A program made the position numbers and the translations under genes. The notes below the pieces were generated by a model. The model was not told the DNA's origin and made no database searches. It was given only the letters and a program-made list of their open reading frames with translations. A stretch of DNA of 63,614 bases, the filler included, from Octopus bimaculoides (Eukaryota), in assembly GCF_001194135.2 (NCBI RefSeq). It is 8 parts of 7 records of this genome, joined end to end, with 100 filler letters (N's around TTAATTAATTAA, not from the genome) between each part and the next. Parts side by side here need not be neighbours in the genome. Positions count along the whole stretch, not along the records: positions 61,212 to 62,374 come from NW_026326929.1; positions 62,475 to 63,614 come from NW_026429524.1; 6 more parts are not named here. One strand, given 5' to 3'. Numbering within the stretch: position 1 is the first letter of the stretch; the number at the start of each line of letters is the position of its first letter. Of the stretch, positions 62,328-63,614 are shown in pieces.

Positions 62328-62374
<47 letters not shown>

Positions 62375-62485
62375 NNNNNNNNNNNNNNNNNNNNNNNNNN
62401 NNNNNNNNNNNNNNNNNNTTAATTAATTAANNNNNNNNNNNNNNNNNNNNNNNNNNNNNNNNNNNNNNNNNNNNTAATAATAATA

Positions 62486-62521
<36 letters not shown>

Positions 62522-62899
62522 GCTCTGATGCAATACTAGGCAATGGCTCTCATGGCTTCTCATCGTAACTGACTGGATGTGTTATCATGTACACTGTTTT
62601 GTCTTGGTAAAAAAAGTTGGGCTACAGCAAATATTCTGCTCAGTACCACAGATTAGCTTGTCAGTTGCTTGACCTTAACCACTTGAGCATGTTCCGTAGT
62701 GGCTAACGATATGTACATCTCTGATCAAGATCAGAAGTAGTGGAGGTGAGAGGAATTCTTTGGGGTTTGAATAATCCACTCCTGGAAACATGGGTGTTTC
62801 ATTCATCATCCTTAAACAAACCTTTTTCAGGGACATTTTGATCAGAGTGGCCTAATCAATCCGAAGGAAATTCTAACTGGGCCCCACCTAGAAAATGTA

Positions 62900-63096
62900 C
62901 ACGTAGGACAGACACAGTAGTACCTTAATGCTTCATCAGTTATCGACCAAAACTACTAATACTCAGTTTCGTGCCTTTAACGGAAATCTTGCTGGTGCCG
63001 CCGATATACGAAGTTCTCATTCTCATTATTAAAGGCCCGAAACTGAGTATTAGTATTAGTATTAGAATTAGGGTCTTACTGTGTCTATCTTACGTG
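62900..63096. mobile_element. 197-bp MITE with TA duplication and two nested inverted-repeat pairs
   Basis: TA-CACGTAGGACAGACACAGTAGTACCTTAAT ... ATTAGGGTCTTACTGTGTCTATCTTACGTG-TA (25/30 match); inner arms 62954-62980 and 63029-63055 (26/27 match). Confidence 0.85.
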
Positions 63097-63501
63097 TACG
63101 TCTTAATCACTTTTTGTGTCTATTCGCATTGTCTATTTGTTTCACTTTTCCGTCATTAACTCGACCATATTTTAGTATCAATATCGTTTTTTTCTCGTGT
63201 TATTAGTGAAACATTTGACTTTCAGTGGTACACCGCTAAAAAATATCCATATGACAATTACAGTTTAGCATTAATATCACACCTGTACTTTTAATAGCTT
63301 ACCTCTTTAAGACATCCGATTCCTTCCCAGCTGGGATTTTAGTGGCTGGGAAAACAAATTATGTCACTGTTTGACTGGTCATTGATATAGTTGATATACA
63401 CATACATAATAGTGTACCAGCAGTCTACCGACATACATGCATGCATAAACAGACACATACATACACACAAACAAATATTACCGTAAATGTGTACGTGCGC
63501 A

Positions 63502-63612
63502 GGCGCAGTCGTAGCTGTGTGGTAAGAAGCTTCTTACTATAGACTCGGGCTGAGAAAAGGCTTGTGAGTGGATTTGTTAGAGGGAAACTGAAAGCGGTCG
63601 GTCGGATATATA
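63502..63612 (+). mobile_element. Internally deleted SINE family B copy
   Basis: ggcgcagtcgtagctgtgtggtaagaagctt joined directly to cttactatagactcggg...gcttgtgagtggatttg...gaaactgaaag. Confidence 0.75.
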
Positions 63613-63614
63613 TA

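Overview
Eukaryotic, AT-rich, microsatellite-saturated animal DNA. It is most likely a coleoid cephalopod (Octopus), inferred from the tRNA-derived SINE families and repeat landscape, not from a database search. Seven identical 100-nt spacers (44 N + TTAATTAATTAA + 44 N) show the window is eight assembly pieces concatenated artificially, so adjacency across them means nothing. No intact host gene can be supported, and nearly all long ORFs in the track are simple-repeat or N-gap artefacts. Real content is a graveyard of decayed transposons: HERO, R4/Dong, RTE, Tx1/L1, Penelope, a Gypsy integrase with PPT and LTR, three mariners, a maT/DD37D element, MITEs, Helitron-like ends and more than 20 SINE copies. 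The best signals are structural. A complete type I hammerhead ribozyme fold with canonical core and an unusually long stem II lies at 33157-33229 (-), and a second variant-core hammerhead at 1760-1796 (-). R4/Dong-like LINE copies repeatedly sit in (CATA)n microsatellites. There are also several long fold-back hairpins, SINEs stacked at one target motif or flanked by a ~42-bp direct repeat, and unexplained 13-, 16- and 65-bp tandem arrays. Most TE boundaries are approximate (about +/-50 bp).
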